Shown: positions 44,906 to 54,831 of the stretch, one piece after another
How the letters are laid out: every line of letters begins with the position of its first letter
Numbering within the stretch: position 1 is the first letter of the stretch
The notes under the pieces: generated by a model
What the model was told of the DNA's origin: nothing
Databases searched by the model: none
What the model saw: only the letters and a program-made list of their open reading frames with translations
Source: a virus
Taxonomy: Duplodnaviria; Caudoviricetes
DNA length: 64,000 bases
IMG/VR virus record: IMGVR_UViG_3300049142_000060
Location: 7,652 to 71,651 of that record
Direction: 5' to 3' (one strand)
Program-made: the position numbers and the translations under genes

Positions 44906-45355
44906 ATGAACCAGAAGTACGCGACCGTCCTTGACCTTCCGGTCTCCACGCTGCCGCTGACGGACCGCTCCGCCCAGTACCTGCGCGACACCGTCCAGAA
45001 CGTTGAGACAGAGATCGACCGCATGGTGGAGGCCGAGCAGTTCTACAAGCGGGAGGCGGCAGGCTGCCGGGCGCTGCGGGAGCTGTTGACGGCGACCCGA
45101 GACAACTACGCGCGGCAGCTCGCCGAGCATTCGGCTCAGGCGCTGCATTCGCAGGAGTGGCCGGTCGACCCGGACCAGGACATCGACCTGGCGGACACCT
45201 GCCTGCACTGCGGTCAGCCGATGGGCTGGGCCGCCCGGTACGGCTTCGTCCATGTGGTGGACGGCCGCTGGGTAGCCGCGGGCGAGTTCTGCGTCCAGCC
45301 CGCCGCGGACGCGACGACGGCGATGCCGCCGGTCGAGGTCGGGGGCGAGTCGTGA
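44906..45355 (+). CDS. hypothetical protein with CxxC
   Basis: TCLHCGQP; RBS. Confidence 0.55.
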   Translation: MNQKYATVLDLPVSTLPLTDRSAQYLRDTVQNVETEIDRMVEAEQFYKREAAGCRALRELLTATRDNYARQLAEHSAQALHSQEWPVDPDQDIDLADTCLHCGQPMGWAARYGFVHVVDGRWVAAGEFCVQPAADATTAMPPVEVGGES

Positions 45356-45518
45356 GCCGCTTCTTTGCCCTCCACGTCGGCCGGCACTGCCGCCGCGGCT
45401 CATGGACCGGCTGGGCGGCTCTCGCCCAGGTGTACGCCCGCTCCCGCCGCGTGGACGACTACAGCGTCCCGCGCACCCACCGCCACCCCCACATCGAGAC
45501 CTACGAGGAGACCCCCCG

Positions 45519-46145
45519 ATGAACAGTCCGTACAACACCAGCAAGACTGACCCCCTGCTGCTCCTGGCCGAGGCCATGGGCGTGGGCGGCATGTCCGGCT
45601 CGATCGAGCGCATGGAGGCTCAAGGCCAGCGCGAGCTCGTCAACTCGACCGTCCTGCCGACACGCATCAACCACGGCTCCGAAGGGGAGTTGACCGCGCT
45701 CGGGTTCAAGCTCGGCGACAACGTCGCGGGCGACCCTCTGTTCCGTCAGGCCGAGCTGCCGCCCGGGTGGAAGCGCCAGGGCTCGGACCATTCGATGTGG
45801 TCGTACGTCGTGGACGAACTGGGTCGCAAGCGGCTCAGCATCTTCTACAAGGCCGCCTTCTACGACCGGGACGCGTTCCTCAGCGTCAACACCGTCTTCG
45901 GCTACGTCCACGAGTGCCTGGACCAAAAGCATCAGCCCGTCCTCGATGAGTCGTGGGCCACCCGCGACGCGGTCATCCAGGCTGCGCAAAGCCGTCAGAA
46001 GCAGGCCCTCGAATACCTCGACATGTACGAGAAGGACGACGACGAGTACGGGCGCAAGCGGGCCGCTGAGCTTCGGGCGGAGATCGCCGCCAGCCAGGCC
46101 CTGATCGACTCGCTGGCCACCCAGGATGAGGAGACCTCCCGATGA
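45519..46145 (+). CDS. hypothetical protein
   Basis: SIERMEAQGQRELVNSTVLP...LPPGWKRQGSDHSMWSYVVDE.GR.R.SIFYKAAFYDRDA. Confidence 0.7.
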   Translation: MNSPYNTSKTDPLLLLAEAMGVGGMSGSIERMEAQGQRELVNSTVLPTRINHGSEGELTALGFKLGDNVAGDPLFRQAELPPGWKRQGSDHSMWSYVVDELGRKRLSIFYKAAFYDRDAFLSVNTVFGYVHECLDQKHQPVLDESWATRDAVIQAAQSRQKQALEYLDMYEKDDDEYGRKRAAELRAEIAASQALIDSLATQDEETSR

Positions 46146-46768
46146 ACGCCCTCGACAAGGTCGCCCCCTACCCGACGAGGGAAGAGGACGCCACCGCCGA
46201 CGCGATGGTCGCCCACTTCGCCGCCTTCGCTCTCATGCACCAGGCGCTCGTCCTGAACCACCTGGACTACAAGACCGACCGCGCCAACTACATGCGTTCG
46301 ATGGGCCACGCAGTCAGCTACTACGGCCTCGCGAGTCTCCTCCGCCAGGTGAAGGAGCACGCCGGCGCGGACAAGGCCGACGAGGTCGCCAAGGAACTGT
46401 GGGAGGCATGGGAGGACGGCTCCAGCATCGGCGAATGGTGCTGGGAGTGGCTCACCGAGTACGGCATCGACCCGGAGGCTGTGCAGAAGGCTGCCGTGGA
46501 GGTGCACGCCGCTCAGGCGCCGGAGGAGCCCTTCCGGATCACGGCAGAGACGTACCACGCGTCCCGCGAGAAGGCGACGGGCCGCGTCGAACTGGAGATC
46601 GGCGGTTCCGGGCGCCGGGTCGTGATCGACCTCGGGGACGACGGAGATGAGATCCTCGCCGGCCTGCTGGGCTTCCACGAGCGCGACGAAGAGGACACCT
46701 TCTTCGACGAGGAGGACGACGAGGACGCCGCTGGGGCCGCTCAGGCACAGAAGGGCGGCCAGGCATGA
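46142..46768 (+). CDS. hypothetical protein
   Basis: coupled; acidic tail. Confidence 0.6.
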   Translation: MNALDKVAPYPTREEDATADAMVAHFAAFALMHQALVLNHLDYKTDRANYMRSMGHAVSYYGLASLLRQVKEHAGADKADEVAKELWEAWEDGSSIGEWCWEWLTEYGIDPEAVQKAAVEVHAAQAPEEPFRITAETYHASREKATGRVELEIGGSGRRVVIDLGDDGDEILAGLLGFHERDEEDTFFDEEDDEDAAGAAQAQKGGQA

Positions 46769-47004
46769 GCCCCGCGGAGAACCTGCTCGGCGCCGTCCGC
46801 CGCAAGCCGAACGGCCGCGTCATCGCGGTCCTGTGGCCGTCCCCTCCCCACCCTGCCCGCTGGATGGTGACGGACGCGTGGGGCTCGTGCGGCTACGAAA
46901 CCGACGAGGCCGTGAAGGACTGGCCTGTCGTCGGCGCCGTCCCGTACAGCCCGGCTGCTGGCTTCCCGATCCCGGAGCCTGAGCAGAAGGGCGGGACGCC
47001 GTGA
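46765..47004 (+). CDS. hypothetical protein
   Basis: coupled. Confidence 0.5.
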   Translation: MSPAENLLGAVRRKPNGRVIAVLWPSPPHPARWMVTDAWGSCGYETDEAVKDWPVVGAVPYSPAAGFPIPEPEQKGGTP

Positions 47005-47306
47005 CCACCTGGGACACGCTGGCCTTCCTCGCCTCTCTGGCGAACGACGCCTCCCACGGGACGCTGCTCCTGGCCGCCGTCACCCTCGCTGTCGTCCTGG
47101 CGGTGTCTCCGTTCGTCGCGGCCTTCGAGTACGGCCGGCGGCAGCGCCGCGCTGAGCGTGCCGAGTGGGCCGCCATGGAGGTGGAGCAGCTCTCCGCCAT
47201 CGGCGCCGAAACGCTCGGCCTCCAGGACCTCGACCCTGACGCTTTCCGCCGTGGCACCCGCCGGCTCGCGGACGACCTGTTCGACGTGTTCGGAGAGGAC
47301 GACTGA
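47001..47306 (+). CDS. hypothetical membrane protein
   Basis: hydrophobic N-terminal half; coupled. Confidence 0.5.
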   Translation: MTTWDTLAFLASLANDASHGTLLLAAVTLAVVLAVSPFVAAFEYGRRQRRAERAEWAAMEVEQLSAIGAETLGLQDLDPDAFRRGTRRLADDLFDVFGEDD

Positions 47307-48328
47307 TGGCTGGGCTGACCGCAACCGACCTGTTCGCCGGAGCCGGCGGCTCCTCCGAAGGCCTGACGCAGGCCGGATACCGCGTCGCCATCGCCGCGAA
47401 CCACTGGCCCGTTGCCGTGGCCACGCACGAAATCAACCACCCCGGCACCGAGCACCGCACTGCCGACCTGTCCGAGGTCGACTGGCGCACCTTCCCGACC
47501 ACCGATGTGCTGTGGGCGTCGCCGTCCTGCGTGTGGCACGCCCGCGCCGGTGGGCGGCGACGCCCGCCGGCCGAGGTCGAGCGGTTACGTCAGGACGCGG
47601 GCGCGATTGATAGGGCTACCGCGTTCGCGGTCATCGCCGCCGCCGAAGTGCACAAGTACGCCGCCGTACTGGTCGAGAACGTGCCCGAGTTCACCGACTG
47701 GACGCTCTACCCGTGGTGGCTGGACGGCCTGCGCGCTCTCGACTACGACCGGATCACGCCGCTGCTCCTCGACGCCGCCGACTACGGGCACGCCCAGCAC
47801 CGCAGGAGGCTGTTCATCGTCGCCACCCGCGATGGCCTCGACGTGGACTTGACCCCGCCCGGCATGCCCGCGGTGCCGGCGTCCACGATCCTCGACGACG
47901 ACCCCGGGAAGCTGGTCGCGCGCCGCCTGTACGTGTCGCCGCAGATCGAGCAGATCACCGACGATGGCGTGCCTCACCTGGTCACTTACCGGCGCAACGC
48001 CAGGGCCAAGCGAGCCGACCGGCACCCACTGGCCTGCGTCACCGCAGGCGGCAACCACCACGGTGTGGCGACCGTGGCAGGTGGGCAGGCGTGGCACCGG
48101 CTGCTGACCAACCGCGAGTGCGCCCGCGCGCAGGGCTTCCCGGACACGTACGAGTTCACCGGCACTGGCGCCGAGGTCAAGAGACAGATCGGCAACGCCG
48201 TACCGGTGGGCATCGCCCGCTGGCTGGGCGAACGCGTGGCCGCCGCGATGAGGGGTGACGGCACCGCCCTCGCCGCGGCGCCGCCGGCTGCCTTCCAGCC
48301 CTCTCTGTTTGAGGAGGCCGTGGCATGA
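47306..48328 (+). CDS. C5 cytosine DNA methyltransferase
   Basis: DLFAGAGG (I), SPSC (IV), ENVPEF (VI), QHRRR (VIII), RECARAQGFP, QIGNAVPV (X). Confidence 0.9.
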   Translation: MAGLTATDLFAGAGGSSEGLTQAGYRVAIAANHWPVAVATHEINHPGTEHRTADLSEVDWRTFPTTDVLWASPSCVWHARAGGRRRPPAEVERLRQDAGAIDRATAFAVIAAAEVHKYAAVLVENVPEFTDWTLYPWWLDGLRALDYDRITPLLLDAADYGHAQHRRRLFIVATRDGLDVDLTPPGMPAVPASTILDDDPGKLVARRLYVSPQIEQITDDGVPHLVTYRRNARAKRADRHPLACVTAGGNHHGVATVAGGQAWHRLLTNRECARAQGFPDTYEFTGTGAEVKRQIGNAVPVGIARWLGERVAAAMRGDGTALAAAPPAAFQPSLFEEAVA

Positions 48329-48482
48329 CCGCCCCCGACCTCCGCCCCTGCTGCCAGCAGGCCGCCATCGACGGCATCACCGCCGACGAGCACTTCCCGC
48401 GGTGTGACGCCCGAGCCGACGACCCAGACCAGGACGCCCTGTTCGACCTCACCCCTCAGCCCCAGACAGGAGGGCCGCTCCT

Positions 48483-48746
48483 GTGAGCCCCACAACTGCA
48501 CGCAAGGACCCCACCTGCGTCGACCTGTGCGACCGGTACGTGGGCCGCGTCTCCTGGCCGGCCGACCTGCACAACGCCCACCCCGACGAGCCCTCCGCTT
48601 CCACGTACGTGTGCGCCGACGAGCAGCACCAGGCCGACGCTGCCGGATGGGTGGAGTCCGTGACCGGCCACCCCGGCGTGTTCGTGCCCTGGAAGCGGTC
48701 TTCGGCGCCAGCCGTACAGGACAAGACGGAGGCCGGCGATGCATGA
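48483..48746 (+). CDS. hypothetical protein
   Basis: 87 aa. Confidence 0.45.
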   Translation: MSPTTARKDPTCVDLCDRYVGRVSWPADLHNAHPDEPSASTYVCADEQHQADAAGWVESVTGHPGVFVPWKRSSAPAVQDKTEAGDA

Positions 48747-48832
48747 CTTGTCTGTCTGCCTCACCGAGATAGAGGCCCTCGCCGGAACAGCGCAGCTCGA
48801 AACGGAACACCCCGGAACGGAGACGACCTCCC

Positions 48833-49273
48833 ATGATTAGCGCCAACTGGCCCAACCGCGCGGCGTGCCGCGACTCCGACCCTGACCTTTTCTTCCCTCT
48901 GGACTCCGACATCGCGAGCGAGATCGAAGCGAAGAGGGTGTGCCGCGGCTGCCCGGTCCGCTCCGAGTGCCTCGACGACGCCGTCGAGAACGGCATGCAG
49001 CACGGCATCTGGGGTGGCCTCAACGCCAAGGAGCGCCGCAACCTCAAGCGGCGCACGCAGAAGATGGCCGCGGCCGAAGCCTTGCGTAGCGAAGACCGAC
49101 CCACCGTCAGCGAGAAGTACTGCCGCGGCTGCGAGCAGACCAAGCCGGCCGACGAGTGGGGTAAGGACGTGCGCGCTACAGACGGGCTCAACGCCTACTG
49201 CCGCTCGTGCACGAATGAGGCGGCCGTCCGCCGGCGCCGCGAGGCGAAAGAGGCCAAAGAGGCGGCGGCATGA
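48833..49273 (+). CDS. whiB: WhiB-family regulator with C-terminal zinc finger
   Basis: AACRDSDPDLFFP...AKRVCRGCPVRSECL...HGIWGGL...ER; CRGC...YCRSC. Confidence 0.9.
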   Translation: MISANWPNRAACRDSDPDLFFPLDSDIASEIEAKRVCRGCPVRSECLDDAVENGMQHGIWGGLNAKERRNLKRRTQKMAAAEALRSEDRPTVSEKYCRGCEQTKPADEWGKDVRATDGLNAYCRSCTNEAAVRRRREAKEAKEAAA

Positions 49274-50112
49274 TGAAGGAGCCTCGACACGGCACGTCCC
49301 GCCGCTACCACCACGGGCCGGACGAGAACGACCAGCCGGGCGTCGCCTGCCGCTGCGTGCCCTGCACGACCGCCGCGACCCGCGACATGAAACTCCGCAG
49401 ACTACGCGGACCGGCGACGGTCGACGCGGAACCGGTCCGCCGGCACGTGCGCCGCCTCAAGGAAGCAGGCCTGACCTACAGGTCCATCGCGGCGATCGCC
49501 GGAGTCCAGGACATGGTGCTGTACCGGCTGCTGTGGGGGGAGCGGGCGCGCAACCTTCCGCCCAGCCGTCGGATGCGGGCAGCCAACGCCCGAGCGCTCC
49601 TGTCCGTCCGCGCTGAACAGGTCGGCGGAGAAGGCCGCGTACTCGGCGTCGGCAGCCAGCGCAGGCTACAGGCCCTCGCCCGTTCGGGCTGGCCGACCGG
49701 GCGGCTCGGCCAGGAGATCGGGCTCAACGCCCAGTACATCGGCAAGCTGATGCGCGGCGAAGCCGGCTCAACCGTAACCGCCGCCACCGCCCGAGCCGTC
49801 GCCGACTGCTACGACCGGCTGTGGAGCATCGACCCGGTCACGGCCGGCGTAGCAGCCCCCAAGGCGTCGCAGGTCCGGACCATGGCCGCCAAACGCGGCT
49901 GGCTCGGCGTGCTGGCCTGGGACGACGACCTAATCGACCTGGCCGGCGCTGACCTCGAAGCGAAACTCGCCCAACAGGTCGCCCTGATGGACGACAAGGA
50001 ACTCCAACGCTGCAATCACGCCCGCACTCGCCACGGGGATAAGTCGCCGCTGGTCGTGGCCGCGTCGCGTGAGTACGAGCGGCGTAGAAGCAGGAAGCGG
50101 GCCGCAGCGTGA
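49270..50112 (+). CDS. conserved actinophage DNA-binding protein
   Basis: HGT..RY...CRCVPC...VDAEPVRRHV...RRLQALARSGW. Confidence 0.7.
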   Translation: MMKEPRHGTSRRYHHGPDENDQPGVACRCVPCTTAATRDMKLRRLRGPATVDAEPVRRHVRRLKEAGLTYRSIAAIAGVQDMVLYRLLWGERARNLPPSRRMRAANARALLSVRAEQVGGEGRVLGVGSQRRLQALARSGWPTGRLGQEIGLNAQYIGKLMRGEAGSTVTAATARAVADCYDRLWSIDPVTAGVAAPKASQVRTMAAKRGWLGVLAWDDDLIDLAGADLEAKLAQQVALMDDKELQRCNHARTRHGDKSPLVVAASREYERRRSRKRAAA

Positions 50113-50211
50113 TCACTGGGGGAGGCGCCGTGACCTCAAGAGCCGGCCGTCGAAGACCGACCTAGCTCCGCCACCTGAGTCCCTGCAAAACCCGAGAGAG
50201 AGCCCGTCTAG

Positions 50212-51228
50212 GTGAACGACCAGATGTCCGCAAACGCCGCCCAGACCGACGCTCAGGCGCAGGCAAGGCCCCTGGATGCCCTGAACCATGCGGCGGTCGA
50301 CTGGGCGTGGGCGCAGTCGATCGCGAACAACGCGGGCGCGCGGATTGTGTTGATGTGCCTCGCTCGGCGGGTGGACGACATGTGGGAGTGCACGACCAGC
50401 CAGGAGGAGGTGGCGATGGACGCCATGCTGTCTGTCCGCTCCATTCGCCGGCACCTGGAGCAGTTGGAGGGTGACGGGTTCATCGCCCGGCAGCGTCGGT
50501 TCGACGACAAGGGTCACCGGCTGGCTGATCGGTTGCGCTTGAACCCGGGAGAATCCCTACCGGCCAATCTGTCCGGTAGGGCGATTGCCAAGGGGGCAGA
50601 TTGGCCAGTGGCCAAATTGGCCGCTGGATCTGACCAGCAGAGATCCCTACAGGACAGATTGGCCGGTGGTCAAGTTGACCTGTGGCCAGATTGGCCGGTA
50701 GGGGGGCCGGACGAAACGGACATCCCCAGGTCGCGTCCAGCGGCCAAATTGACCAGTGGCCAAATTGGCCGCGCTATAAGTAGTTCTCCTACGGAGAACT
50801 ACGAGAAGAACACTTCTTCTTCTCCCGAGCGACGCTCAAAGCCGAGGCGTCTCGCCGATGCTCCGCCACGAGAAGACGTCGAGCACCTGTGCGGCCGGCT
50901 TCTCAAGTGGATGCAGCACAACCAGGTGCGCAAGACCCCGGACGCCGTCAGCGAGGCATGGCGTCGAGAAGCCCGGCTCCTGCTCGACAAGGACAAGGTC
51001 CCCTTCGCAGAAGCAACCCAAGTCCTCGACTGGTGCCAGCGGGACGGGTTCTGGAGTCAGAACATCCACTCGATGCCGACCTTCCGCGAGAAGTACGGCC
51101 AGCTCGAAATGAAGTCCCGCGGAGCGCGGGGGGACACCCAAGTCAGGCAACTCCGCCCGACCGGCACCGGCGGCCACCAGCCCTACCAAAACCCCACCGA
51201 CCCGTCCGTCTACCACGAGGACCTGTAG
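50212..51228 (+). CDS. replication initiator (N-terminal HTH)
   Basis: AVDWAW...ARIVLMCLA...SQEEVAMDAMLSVRSIRRHLEQLE..GFIAR; C-terminal FWSQNIHSMPTFREKYGQL. Confidence 0.8.
   Translation: MNDQMSANAAQTDAQAQARPLDALNHAAVDWAWAQSIANNAGARIVLMCLARRVDDMWECTTSQEEVAMDAMLSVRSIRRHLEQLEGDGFIARQRRFDDKGHRLADRLRLNPGESLPANLSGRAIAKGADWPVAKLAAGSDQQRSLQDRLAGGQVDLWPDWPVGGPDETDIPRSRPAAKLTSGQIGRAISSSPTENYEKNTSSSPERRSKPRRLADAPPREDVEHLCGRLLKWMQHNQVRKTPDAVSEAWRREARLLLDKDKVPFAEATQVLDWCQRDGFWSQNIHSMPTFREKYGQLEMKSRGARGDTQVRQLRPTGTGGHQPYQNPTDPSVYHEDL
50562..50825. repeat. origin iterons GGCCARATTGRCC inside the initiator gene
   Basis: full or partial copies at 50597, 50610, 50656, 50668, 50684, 50742 and 50758, then a relatively AT-rich stretch. 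Confidence 0.7.
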
Positions 51229-51230
51229 CC

Positions 51231-51932
51231 ATGCCAGAGCCCAAGCCCCTCAGGCTCGCGATCAGCGAGACGTTCGACCGCCGCGGCGTCGACGTGTCCG
51301 CTGTCGACGACCTGCCCGAGCCTGACGATGACCCGTACATCCGGCAGGAGGTGCTGCGGCAGGCCGGCGAGTACGCCGATAAGCACATCCCGGCCCGCTA
51401 TGCGGATGCTGTCGCCGACGACCCCGCCGTGATCGACTGGCTGCGGCGGGTGCTGGACCGCGCCATCACCGACTCGGTGATGCATGCCCAGTGCGCAGTG
51501 AAGACCGGACCGTCCCTGCTCATCCTCGGACCGACCGGTGTCGGCAAAACCCACCAGGCGTTCGGCGCGCTGCGGCTGCTGTCGCAGACAGGCGTTCGGT
51601 GCGCCTGGAAGAGCGTCGCCGCCGCTGACCTGTACGCCAAGCTCCGTCCCCGCCATGGCGTGGACTCTGAGACCGAATTTCGGGCGGTGGCAGATGCGCC
51701 GCTGCTGCTGGTCGACGACCTCGGTGCCGCCAAGACCAGCGAGTGGGTCGAAGAAGTCAACTATCGGCTGGTCAACTGGCGCTACGAGCGGGTCCTGCCG
51801 ACTCTGTTCACATCCAACGTCCGGCCGAAGGAACTGGCCGGCAGCCTCGGCGAGCGTGTCGCCTCCCGCTTAGTCGAGATGGCCGAGCGAGTCGTCCTTG
51901 AGGGCCCCGACCGTCGCCGAGTGGGTGCATGA
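51231..51932 (+). CDS. DnaC/IstB-like AAA ATPase (helicase loader)
   Basis: ILGPTGVGKTH; LLLVDDLGAAK; TLFTSN; SRLVEM. Confidence 0.88.
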   Translation: MPEPKPLRLAISETFDRRGVDVSAVDDLPEPDDDPYIRQEVLRQAGEYADKHIPARYADAVADDPAVIDWLRRVLDRAITDSVMHAQCAVKTGPSLLILGPTGVGKTHQAFGALRLLSQTGVRCAWKSVAAADLYAKLRPRHGVDSETEFRAVADAPLLLVDDLGAAKTSEWVEEVNYRLVNWRYERVLPTLFTSNVRPKELAGSLGERVASRLVEMAERVVLEGPDRRRVGA

Positions 51933-52695
51933 CGTGATCGACAATTCCCCCCACGCCCTCTATCGCTTCTACGACGCCGACGGTGTCCTCCTGTACGTCG
52001 GAATCACTGCAGATCCCGGCGTCCGGTTCAAGAAGCACCGCCACGACAAGGAGTGGTGGACACAGGTCGCCACCATCCGGATCCAGAAGCTGCCCACCCG
52101 GGCGGCCGTTCTCGCGGCCGAGAAGAAGGCCATCTCTGACGAGCGACCGCTGTGGAACATCGCGCACAACAATGCCGCAGCGGCAGTGCGGAATCCGCGA
52201 GGCAACGTCTACGACGAGCACGGCCGCCTGATCGCCTGCGCCGGCTCGCACTGGTGCGCCCTCGCCGCGAAGCATCCACAGCTCGTTGCCGTAGAGCAGT
52301 ACATCAAGGCGGTAGGCGATCAGTACATCGGCGACTACGAGTGGTCGCAGGACCGTGGGGTTGCTGCGTACGTGTGCGGACACGCCTTCTGGTACGGGGT
52401 CGGGAACGCACGAGACCTGCTCGGCGGGCCGCGCCTGTCGAACAAGGCCATCACTGAGGCAGTCGCAGGGCTGGCTGCCGGGGTTCCGCTCCTTGAGCCA
52501 GAGGAGACCCGCGATTGGCCGACCGAGGTGTTCAGCGGGCCGTTCGGCTTCATCCACACGCTGATCGGGAGGGGCTGGGACGCTCCCGAAGAACTGCTGG
52601 CCCCGGAGGCAGGCTTCGTCGTCTACCAGCGCATGCACGGCCTCATGCCGGACTGCGTCGGCCCATGTATCTGCCAGCCGGAGCCATGGAGTTAG
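51925..52695 (+). CDS. GIY-YIG nuclease domain protein
   Basis: ALYRFYDADGVLLYVGIT...RFKKH...E..AI..ERPLWN; start uncertain. Confidence 0.75.
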   Translation: MHDVIDNSPHALYRFYDADGVLLYVGITADPGVRFKKHRHDKEWWTQVATIRIQKLPTRAAVLAAEKKAISDERPLWNIAHNNAAAAVRNPRGNVYDEHGRLIACAGSHWCALAAKHPQLVAVEQYIKAVGDQYIGDYEWSQDRGVAAYVCGHAFWYGVGNARDLLGGPRLSNKAITEAVAGLAAGVPLLEPEETRDWPTEVFSGPFGFIHTLIGRGWDAPEELLAPEAGFVVYQRMHGLMPDCVGPCICQPEPWS

Positions 52696-52697
52696 CC

Positions 52698-52937
52698 ATG
52701 ACAAACACCGCAGACCCCACGACCGCGGCCCTCCACCGTCTGGAGGCCGAGCGCCTCCGCCCCACCCGCAACAGGGACGAGACACCGGCGGACCCGTGGC
52801 AGGAACTGATCGCAACTCTGGACCGGCTGCTCACCGACCCGGGCCCGCCGGACCGCGTGACCGCCCTCCTGTCCCCTGGACCGCCCCGTCCGACCAAGAT
52901 CACCACCCCAACCCCCAAGGAGACCCCCAGTGAGTGA
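52698..52937 (+). CDS. hypothetical protein
   Basis: 79 aa. Confidence 0.4.
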   Translation: MTNTADPTTAALHRLEAERLRPTRNRDETPADPWQELIATLDRLLTDPGPPDRVTALLSPGPPRPTKITTPTPKETPSE

Positions 52938-53328
52938 CACCAAGACCCAGACCGTCGCCGAGGAACTACGCCAGGCGGCCCGCCAGATCCGCGAGGCCGT
53001 GCGGGGAACCGCTTCCGGGCCGTGGAAGGCGTCCCCGGTGTGGTCACCCGACGCCGCAGTGACCAGCGCCGTCTACTCCTACGCCTACCCGACCGGCACC
53101 CCGGAGTCCGAGGTTGTGGCCTCCGGGCTGAAGCGCTACCGCAAAGGCGGCCTGCGGAATCCGTGCAACGCGAGGTGGATCGCGCTCATGAACCCGGACG
53201 TGGCGGAGCCTCTGGCCGCCTGGTTGGAGTCGTGGGACGGGGTGGAGCTCCGCGAGGACGGGCCTCTGCCTGAGGACTTCAAGCACGCGCTGGCTGTGGC
53301 TCGCGCCCTGAACGGGACCGCTCGGTGA
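52930..53328 (+). CDS. hypothetical protein
   Basis: GPWKA...NARWIALMNPDVAEPLAAWLE. Confidence 0.65.
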   Translation: MSDTKTQTVAEELRQAARQIREAVRGTASGPWKASPVWSPDAAVTSAVYSYAYPTGTPESEVVASGLKRYRKGGLRNPCNARWIALMNPDVAEPLAAWLESWDGVELREDGPLPEDFKHALAVARALNGTAR

Positions 53329-53660
53329 TCCACACCGAGTTCTGGGCCCGCTACCTGGGCGAGTGGGCGGCCTACGTGGCGTCCGGTCCGGCAGTCATCG
53401 TGGAGGAGCCTCGTGAGCCTGGCCGTCCGGGGTGGCGGACGCTGGCGGCGGCAGTGGCTACGGAGTTTGAGGCGACGGGGCCGGCGGTGGAGTTGGCGGA
53501 GTCGCGGGTGTTGGAGCGGCTGGCGGAGTTGACCGCCCGGTTGGGGCCGTGGGAGGCGGCGGTCCGTCTCTTCGGCGTCCACGGTGCGGGCGGGGGTGGC
53601 TCTGGAAGGCCGCCAGAATCGGCGCTCGCGGGTTCTGGGGTGGAAATCGCATCCGTGTAA
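53325..53660 (+). CDS. hypothetical protein
   Basis: GTGA-coupled. Confidence 0.4.
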   Translation: MIHTEFWARYLGEWAAYVASGPAVIVEEPREPGRPGWRTLAAAVATEFEATGPAVELAESRVLERLAELTARLGPWEAAVRLFGVHGAGGGGSGRPPESALAGSGVEIASV

Positions 53661-53767
53661 GGACGGGTCCGCGCTGAGGGCTCTACGGGGCTCTCAGCGC
53701 TCCGAGATCAGAACTGGTTGACGAGATCAAGATCAACTTACGAACTCATGATCGGAAGAGAGACGCG

Positions 53768-54016
53768 ATGGCAAACCTCCCGCCGTTCTCCGGCGACCGG
53801 CCGACCTGCCCCAAGTGCGGCAACGTCGGCGCGAGAACCGAGTACGTCAGCCCCTCGCTGCGCTGCTCCCACCCAGGCGAGGTGCGCAGCCCCTATGCGC
53901 TCACGACAGAGCGGCTGCACCGCGAGTGCGGCCGGTGCGACTACGCCTGGGATGAGGCCACGATCGAGCAGAAGCCGCCCGTCTCCGCCCAGCAGCCGGG
54001 GGAGGCGGCCCGGTGA
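53768..54016 (+). CDS. zinc-ribbon protein
   Basis: CPKCG...ERLHRECGRCDYAWDE. Confidence 0.65.
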   Translation: MANLPPFSGDRPTCPKCGNVGARTEYVSPSLRCSHPGEVRSPYALTTERLHRECGRCDYAWDEATIEQKPPVSAQQPGEAAR

Positions 54017-54194
54017 GCATCCGTGGCGTGTCCTTCGACTGCGACACCCCGGGCTGTTGGGCGTACTGCCAGATCAGTGCGAGAGCGGTGGCGTCTGCCT
54101 GGGCGGTCGCCGGTGAACGCTACGGCTGGAGCGAGCGTGACGGGCGGCTTTCTGCGGCCCGTGCACGCGTGGAGAGCCGGCGGGGGAGCGGTGA
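54013..54194 (+). pseudogene. small Zn-ribbon gene with an apparent 1-nt frameshift near 54150
   Basis: CDTPGC...GW..RDGRL continues as FCGPC...TGA (54192) in the -1 frame. Confidence 0.45.
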
Positions 54195-54198
54195 ACGG

Positions 54199-54441
54199 CT
54201 ACTCGCCGGCGGGCTCGGCTGGTTGCTTGAGGCGGCCGGTCTCTTTGGCCCAGTCGAGGACGTCGGAGAGCCACCACCAGTCGCGGCCGGAGATCTTCCC
54301 TTCGGCGTCGGGGAATTTGGCCACGTTGACCCACTCTGCGGAGCGGCGGCGCCAGGCGATGACGGTGTTCTCGGAGACGCCGAGGTGGGCGGCGATGCCG
54401 TCGATGCCGACTGGGGTCCATGGGTGTGTGGGGCGTGACAT
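54199..54441 (-). CDS. AlpA-like HTH regulator
   Basis: VGIDGIAAHLGVSENTVIAWRRR...FPDA...WWWLSDVLDWAK. Confidence 0.75.
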   Translation of the reverse strand: MSRPTHPWTPVGIDGIAAHLGVSENTVIAWRRRSAEWVNVAKFPDAEGKISGRDWWWLSDVLDWAKETGRLKQPAEPAGE

Positions 54442-54461
54442 GGGGTCAGTGTATGTGGCCC

Positions 54462-54541
54462 ACGGGCGCATGGCGAGACAATGCAGTGCATGGATTAAAT
54501 GTGCGCCCGGTGTTGACGGGCGCATGGCTAAGCCATACAGT
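54462..54541 (+). promoter_or_regulatory. promoter TTGACG-N17-TACAGT with duplicated 13-bp ACGGGCGCATGGC operator
   Basis: -35 at 54513, -10 at 54536; repeats at 54462 and 54516. Confidence 0.7.
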
Positions 54542-54578
54542 TGAGTCATCAGCAAGGGCGACACCCCAGGGAGACGAA

Positions 54579-54755
54579 ATGACCGCCACCATCACCACCG
54601 AGAGCCTGATCACCAAGGCCGACAAGCTCCAGGCCCGCATCGAGCGGGAGCTCCGCGCCGCCGGCCTCGACCCGGAGATGGGCGACTACGACCACCCGCT
54701 GAACGCCGAGTGGCTGGTCCTCCACGAGGCCATCCAGCTCCGCCTGGCCGCCTAG
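54579..54755 (+). CDS. hypothetical protein
   Basis: GGAG RBS after promoter. Confidence 0.55.
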   Translation: MTATITTESLITKADKLQARIERELRAAGLDPEMGDYDHPLNAEWLVLHEAIQLRLAA

Positions 54756-54831
54756 ACCTCAGGGCCCCGGACCTCCGGGGCCCTCTCTCCCTGACCGAAC
54801 CGGATGCCCCAGATACCCGAGGAGGAACGAG

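Noticed and set aside
47306-48328. Restriction-modification system
   Set aside because: No adjacent endonuclease; the HNH and GIY-YIG genes are several kb away, and orphan methylases are common in phages.
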